Assembly (NCBI RefSeq): GCF_902713615.1
Contig: NC_052160.1
Span: 137,248,737 to 137,312,736 of the forward strand
Direction of reading: 5' to 3'
From: Scyliorhinus canicula
Lineage: Eukaryota
DNA length: 64,000 nt
Of the stretch, positions 57,315-64,000 are shown in pieces. The position numbers and the translations under genes were made by a program. How positions within the stretch are numbered: the stretch's first letter is position 1; each line of letters starts with the position of its first letter. Under the pieces are notes generated by a model. That model had not been told where the DNA came from, did not search any database, and saw only the letters and a program-made list of their open reading frames with translations.

Positions 57315-57529
57315 CAGAAAAAAATATTAACATGACAGCTTTATTCAATACATTCCAGTCGAGCTTCACAGCAACAATAGCATCGCTGCCTGTACCTGTA
57401 AGATTTGGTTTCAAGTGGATCAATTTTAGTCCCCGTGTTCTTTTAGAAAACAATTGTTGCTCATGTCTGATAGTAATGTGCTTTATGTTTTCACCTTTCC
57501 CATTTCATTCATAGTGATTGTTTTATAAC

Positions 57530-60105
57530 AATTGGACTGCAAGTTGGGAGAGATCTTTAACAGGCGGATATATCTAAACATAGCAACAAGAGTGGCCCAT
57601 TCATGCTGTGGAACCTCTATGGGTAGAGCTGCAAAATACCAAGGGGCAAAAACCATTAGTCGGGGTTGTTTACGGACCCCAAAACTGCAGTGGAGATGTT
57701 GGGATAGCTTTAAACAGAAGATTAGAGATGCATGCGACAAAGGAACATTTGTAATTATGGCCAACTTTAATCTGCATATAGATTGGACAAATCAAATTAG
57801 TCACAATACCATCGAGGAGGAATTCCTGGATGTGTCTATGGGTTGTTTTTATGGACAAATACAGTGAGGAACCAACTAGAGAACAGGCCATCCTAGACTT
57901 GGATATTGTGTAATGAGAAATGAATAATTGGCAATCTAGTTGTGTGAGGCCTTTTGGGGATGAGCAACCATAATATAATAGAATCTTCATCAAGGTGGAG
58001 AGTGACGTCATTAATTTTGAGACCTGAATCCGTGCATTGGCTTTGATGGATTGGCGAACGCTACTTAAAAGGATGACAGTGGATTGACAATGGCAAACAT
58101 TCAAAGAGCGCTTGGATGAACTGCAACAATCGTTCATTCCTGTCTGAAGCAAAAATGAAACAGCAAAGGTGGCCAAATCATGGCTTAAAAGCGAAATTAA
58201 AGATAGTATTGGATCCAAAGAAGAGCCAGAAAGAATAGAAGACCTGAAGATTTGGAATAGTTTAGAATTCAACGGAGGAGGACAAATGGATTGAGTAAGA
58301 AGAGGAAAATAGAATATGAGAATTTGCTTGCGAGGAACAGAAAAACTGACTAAACGCTTCAGTATGTGAAGAGAAAAAGATTGGTGAAGGCAAATTACAG
58401 TAAAATACCTTGGAATTTAAAAATGGAACAAAGAAATGGCTGACCAACTACATACACGCTTTGGTTCTGTCTTCACAAAGGAGGACACAAATAACACACC
58501 AGATGTGTTGGGGAACAGAAGGTTTAGTGAGGGAGGAACTGAAATCAGTATTAGTGGGGAAATGGTGTTGGGAAATTGATGGTATTGAAGGCCGATAAAT
58601 CTGATAATCTGCATCCCAGAGCACTCAAGGAAATGGCCCTAGAAATATTGGATGCATTGGTGGACATCTTCCAAGATTCTATAGACTCTGGGACAATTCC
58701 TACAGATTGGGGGGTAGCTAATGTAACCCCATTATATATAGAGGAAACAGTGAATTATAGACCAGTCAGCCTGACGTCAGTAGTAGGGGAGATGCTAGAA
58801 TCCACTATAAAAGATATAATCATATAACAGCAAAACAGTAGCAGGATCGGACAGAGTCAGCATGGATTTACAAAAGAAAAGTCATGCTTCACAAATCTAC
58901 TAGAATTATTCAAGATTGTAACTTGCAGAGCTGAGACGAGCCAGTGGATTATTTGGACTTTCAGACGCTTTTTGACATGAGAAACGAGCATTGAAAATTA
59001 AAACACATTGGATTAGGGGTAATGTATTGAAATGGAGAGAAAACTGGTTGTCAGATAGGAAACAAAGAGTAGGAATAAATATTTTGTTTCTAAGTGGCAG
59101 GCAGTGACTAGTGGAGTACCGGAGGGATCTGTGCTTGGACACCAGATATTCATAATATATCTATTACCGATTTAGATGAGGGGACTAATATCTCCACATT
59201 TGCAGGTGACACAAAGCTGGGTGGGAGGGTGAGCTGTGAGGAGGATGCAGAGATGCTTCAGTGTGATTCGGACAAGCTGAGTGGGCAAATGCACGACGGA
59301 TGCAAAGTAACGTGGGTAAATGTGAGTTTATCCACTTTGATAGCCAAAACAGGAAGGCAGATTATTATGTGAATAGCGATAGATTGAGAGAGGGGAATGT
59401 GCAGCGAGACTTGGGTGACCTTGTACACCAGTCACTGAAAGTAAGCATGCAGGTTCAGCAGGCGGCAAAGAAGGCGAATGATATATTGGCCGTCAAAACG
59501 ATGGATTAGAATACAGGTGCAGGGTTGTCTTGCTGTAATTAAATAAGGCATTGGCGCGGCCACACCTGAAATATTGTGCCCTGTTTTGGTCTCCTTATCT
59601 GAGGAAGGATGTTCTTGCTATAGAGGGAGTGCAGCAAAGGTTACTAGCTGGACCCCTGGGCTGGCAAGACTGCCATATGGGAAGAAATTAAGTTGGTTAG
59701 GATTCTATTCGCAGGAGTTCAGACGAATGAGGGGGAATTTAGTAGAAACCTGTAAAATTCTAACAGGACTATACAGGGTAGATGCAGGAAGGTTGTTTCC
59801 GATAATGGGGGACTCCAGAATCAAGTGTCACAGTCTAAGGATATGGGGTAAACCAGTGAGGACTGAAATGGGAAGAAATGTTTTCACCGAGGGAGTAGTG
59901 GAATTCGCTACCACAGAAAGCCTTTGAGGCAAAAACATTGTATGTTTTCAAGGAGGAGTTAGTTATAGCTCTTGGGGTGGGGTGGGGTGGGGTGGGGGGG
60001 AGTGAGAACAGGCTACTGAGTTGGATGATCAGCCGTGATCATAATGAATAGCAGAGCAGGCTCGGAAGGGCCATATCGCCTCCTCCTGCTCCTATTTTCA
60101 ATGTA
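57530..60105 (+). mobile_element. Old, heavily degraded CR1 (APE to tail)
   Basis: [31 protein letters not shown] and RRMRGNL remnants with many stops and indels. Confidence 0.85.
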
Positions 60106-60400
60106 CGCCTTGAACCTGTTACGCCATTCAACTGGATCATGACTAAATTGTGGGTCAACTCCATTCACCTGCTATTGATTCATAGCCTTCCATATCCTGA
60201 CTCAATGAATATCTATTGATCTCAGTAGCGTATATTTTAATTAACCCAGCGTGCAAATGCTTTGGATGAGATGTAATTTAAAAATGTAATTTAGCTCACT
60301 TAAAAATGTAATTTAGCTCAGTTGGCTAGACAACTGGTTTGTGATGCAGAATGAAGTCAACAGTGTGGGTTCAATCCCCATACCAGCTCATGTTATTTAC

Positions 60401-60727
60401 GGGCAACACGGTAGCATGGTGGTTAGCATAAATGCTTCACAGCTCCAGGGTCCCAGGTTCGATTCCCGGCTGGGTCACTGTCTGTGCGGAGTCTGCACGT
60501 CCTCCCCATGTGTGCGTGGGTTTCCTCCGGTTTCCTCCCACAGTCCAAAGATGTGCGGGTTAGGTGGATTGGCTATGCTAAATTGCCCGTAGTATCCTAA
60601 AAAGTAAAGGTTGGGGGGGGGGTTGTTGGGTTACGGGTATAGGGTGGATACGTGGGTTTGAGTAGGGTGATCATTGTTTGGCACAACATTGAGGGCCGAA
60701 GGGGCTGTACTGTTCTACGTTCTATGA
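60401..60727 (+). mobile_element. Full-length V-SINE with CR1-type tail
   Basis: Same consensus as 12357-12694. Confidence 0.9.
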
Positions 60728-61669
60728 GACGGGCCTGAATTTTTACTGCAATAAAGAGCCTCTGCCTCATAGCAAAGATGGTTGACGAGCCCTGAAATCG
60801 GAAGCCTGCATCTGAACACACACGTTTTTCATTTGAGGAAGCAAAGTACATTACTGTCCACTTCTAATGTGTGTGAAATTGCATGCTGTCTTCAAGTAAG
60901 TGATAATTTGTGTAAAGACAGTGAAAGGGGATGGAGTGACTTGGGACATGGAAGGGGAGAGTGAGCCACGAATATTTGCATTAATTTTTGATTGATTTAG
61001 GTGTGTAAATGCCCCAACGTGTGTATGTTACACCCAGCATTTCACCTCTTAGCCTTTTGATAACAGCTACGTGTAGTGGATTATTTGTCCTCCATGTGAA
61101 TTCACAGGCTTTGCAACTAGATGGCAGCAAATACACCCTCTGCTGTTGCAGCATTGGGCAAAACCCTCCTGTACTGGAATCACAAACAGCATCACTGCAT
61201 CTACTTGTATCATATCGATCCTCTGAATCATTTTCAATAGCTCAATCAACTCACCCTTCCAGGTTTATGCAGTCAGTTGTCTTAATTTAACCCTTTAAAC
61301 CCTGGAATAATTCTGGTAAATTTACATTGCTCCCTTTCCAAAGACAATAGCGAAAATCTTCCAGCCTTTCCCACTGTGGGATCTTCCGGTCCTGCCTACG
61401 GCGACTGTCATAACCCCCGCGAAGATTATATCTAAACATAGCACGAGCAATATCATAGTTGATGGTGTGCGACCTCCAGCCAGCAGGTGGTGGTACAGGC
61501 ACACCTTGCGCTCTCCAGACCAAGGCCATGTGACCTGGGACCCGGATATAAAGGGAGACACATCCAGTCATCCTGAGAAGAAGATTGAGAGGGTAATAAG
61601 ATGTACATGTAATTGGCCAATGGACTGGAATGTGGAGGAGTTGAGGTTCTAATCAGATCAGCCTGAACT

Positions 61670-61900
61670 TATGAATTTAAATTTTTTTTTAGAGTACTCA
61701 ATTCATTTTTTCCAATTAAGGGGCAATTTAGTATGGCCAATCCACCTACCCTGCACATCTTTGGGTTGTGGGAGTGTAACACACAAAGACACGGGGAGAA
61801 TGTACAAACTCCACACAGACAGTGACCCGGGGCTTGGATCGAACCTAGGAACTCGGCGCCGTGAGGCAGCAGTGCTAACCACTGAGCCACCGTGGTGCCC
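61670..61900 (-). mobile_element. V-SINE (A-rich tail type); similar copies at ~54700-54850 (-) and ~56193-56405 (+)
   Basis: tRNA head, V core, ttggaaaaaatgaattgagtactc tail. Confidence 0.85.
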
Positions 61901-62177
61901 TGTGATCTTATTAAATGGCAGAGCTGAGTGGCTTACTCTTGATCCTAATGCATATCTTTATAGGTATGTATATTCGTATTAATACGGAGCCTACTTGATT
62001 TTCCTACATGATATCAGTAATACTTGAAAACTAACTCATTTTGGCTGCAAAACTCTTTGATTCATCCTGACAACATGAATGGATTAATGAAATTGCAAGT
62101 TTCCCTTTACAATATCTGTGATCAATGTCATTTGAAAGAATTTCTGGAACGATTCAGATATTGTTCACAGTGGCTAC

Positions 62178-62268
62178 CTTATACTTTCCCGTGCACCATA
62201 TGACTGAAACAGTATAAATCACCATGAGAGCAAAGAGCACCCAGTGAATCACAACCCAGATAATGTAA
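62178..62268 (-). CDS. Gene C transmembrane exon YIIWVVIHWVLFALMVIYTVSVIWCTGKYK (upstream exons right of the window; possibly a pseudogene)
   Basis: 91-nt paralog of 22334-22424 with 14 differences; ctcag| acceptor and a weak AAG|gtagcc donor. Confidence 0.75.
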
Positions 62269-62279
62269 CTGAGCAAAAA

Positions 62280-62990
62280 TGTGATTGGGAAGGATGCTTG
62301 TGATAGTCTTAACAATTTAAACAGTTGGTGGAATGGGCAGACAAGCGGCAGATGAAATAAAATGCAGGGAAGTGTGAAGTGATCATATTTTAATCAGAAG
62401 AACGAGGGGAGGTGAACATAAGATAAATGGTACAATTCTGCAGGAAATGCCGGAGCAGAGAGACCTCGGTGTATAGGTGCGTACGAATCATTGATGGTAA
62501 CAGGACAGGTTGAGAAATCGGTTAATGAATTAACTAGGTTTTAAAATGATGGACACCGAGAACAAAAGCAAGTACCTTAGCAAAAGACTGGTTCAGCATC
62601 AATAGAAAAGATGCAAAGCTTTTAGAAAGGGTGAAGAAAAGATTTACAAGACAATTTCCGAGGATGAGCAACTTCAGCTTTGTGGATAGATTAGTGAATC
62701 TGGGAGAAGAGAAAGTTGAAGGGAGATTTGTTAGACATGAGGGGTCTGTATAGGGTAAATGGGATAAATCGGTCCCATCAGCGGACGGTCGAGAACCTTA
62801 AGGTGGTTAACAAAAGAACCAGAGGTTAAATGAGGAAAGTCTTCTTTATGCAACAAGTGGGTTGGATCTGGAATGCGCCGCTTGAGCATGTGGTGGACAC
62901 AGATTCAAATGCAATTTTCAAATGGGAGCTGGGTAATTATCTGAAGAGAAAAGCTTTTACAGGGCTACGGGGCAAGGGTGGAGGAGTGGG
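62280..62990 (+). mobile_element. Degenerate CR1 3' fragment
   Basis: KCEVIIF-like and RKVFFMQQVGWIWNA remnants. Confidence 0.7.
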
Positions 62991-64000
62991 ACTAGCTGAG
63001 TTGCTGAGTGGGACTAACTGAGTTGCTGAGTGGGACTAGCTGAGCTGCTGAGTTGGACTAGCTGAGTTGCTGAGTGGGACTCGCTGAGTTGCTGAGTGGG
63101 ACGAGCTGTGTTGCTGAGTGGGACTAGCTGAGTTGCTGAGTGGGGCTAGCTGAGTTGCTGAGTGGGACTAGCTGAGTTGCTGAGTGGGACTAGCTGAGTT
63201 GCTGTGTGGGACTAGCTGAGTTGCTGAGTGGGGCTAGCTGAGTTGCTGAGTGGGACTAGCTGAGTTGCTGAGTGGGACTAGCTGAGTTGCTGAGTGGGAC
63301 TAGCTGAGTTGCTGTGTGGGACTAGCTGAGTTGCTGAGTGGGACTAGCTGAGTTGCTGAGTGGGACTAGCTGAGTTGCTGAGTGGGACTAACTGAGTTGC
63401 TGAGTGGGACTAGCTGAGCTGCTGAGTTGGACTAGCTGAGTTGCTGAGTGGGACGAGCTGAGTTGCTGAGTGGGACTAGCTGAGCTGCTGAGTTGGACTA
63501 GCTGAGTTGCTGTGTGGGACTAGCTGAGTTGCTGTGTGGGACTAGCTGAGTTGCTGAGTGGGACTAACTGAGTTGCTGAGTGGGACTAGCTGAGCTGCTG
63601 ATTGGGGCTAGCTGAGTTGCTGAGTGGGACTAGCTGAGTTGCTGTGTGGGACTAGCTGAGTTGCTGAGTGGGACTAACTGAGTTGCTGAGTGGGACTAGC
63701 TGAGCTGCTGAGTTGGACTAGCTGAGTTGCTGTGTGGGACTAGCTGAGTTGCTGAGTGGGGCTAGCTGAGTTGCTGAGTGGGACTAGCTGAGTTGCTGAG
63801 TGGGACTCGCTGAGTTGCTGAGTGGGACTAGCTGAGTTGCTGAGTGGGCTAGCTGAGTTGCTGAGTGGGACTAGCTGAGTTGCTGAGTGGGACTCGCTGA
63901 GTTGCTGAGTGGGACTAGCTGAGTTGCTGAGTGGGACTAGCTGAGTTGCTGAGTGGGACTAGCTGAGCTGCTGAGTTGGACTAGCTGAGTTGCTGAGTGG
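62985..64000 (+). repeat. 22-bp minisatellite (GGGACTAGCTGAGTTGCTGAGT)n, at least ~46 copies, running off the window end
   Basis: Period 22 (63120, 63142 and onward). Confidence 0.97.

Noticed and set aside
62985-64000. Possible CRISPR or coding repeat
   Set aside because: Head-to-tail 22-mers with no spacers; a minisatellite.

Overview
This is eukaryotic, repeat-rich vertebrate DNA, most likely from a cartilaginous fish (shark or catshark). The species call is inferred from HE1/V-SINE-type SINEs, CR1 LINEs with an esterase ORF1 and the receptor type. The main biology is a tandem cluster of three paralogous immune-type Ig-superfamily receptor genes on the minus strand. The ORF track shows them only as fragments; I assembled them by hand from splice sites. 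Gene B (19685-49756) appears complete: leader, CD300/pIgR-type V domain, FcR-like C2 domain, Ser/Thr/Pro stalk, TM with Asp and Arg, and a short Tyr-free tail (969 nt, 322 aa, all exon phases compatible). Gene A (leader + V; the rest lies left of the window) sits in a recent duplicate, 1-~10.8 kb matching ~39.9-51.4 kb. Gene C (TM + tail-homologous region; the rest lies right of the window) is older, has lost the TM charges and may be decaying. The rest is transposable elements: a full-length CR1 with a 35-bp tandem array at its 5' end nested antisense inside another full-length CR1, many SINEs with interchangeable tails, solo LTRs, Gypsy/L1/Tx1 remnants, hAT and Harbinger elements, a Penelope-type hammerhead palindrome and minisatellites. 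No CRISPR, rRNA or true tRNA genes were found. Coordinates were counted by eye, and repeat edges are approximate.
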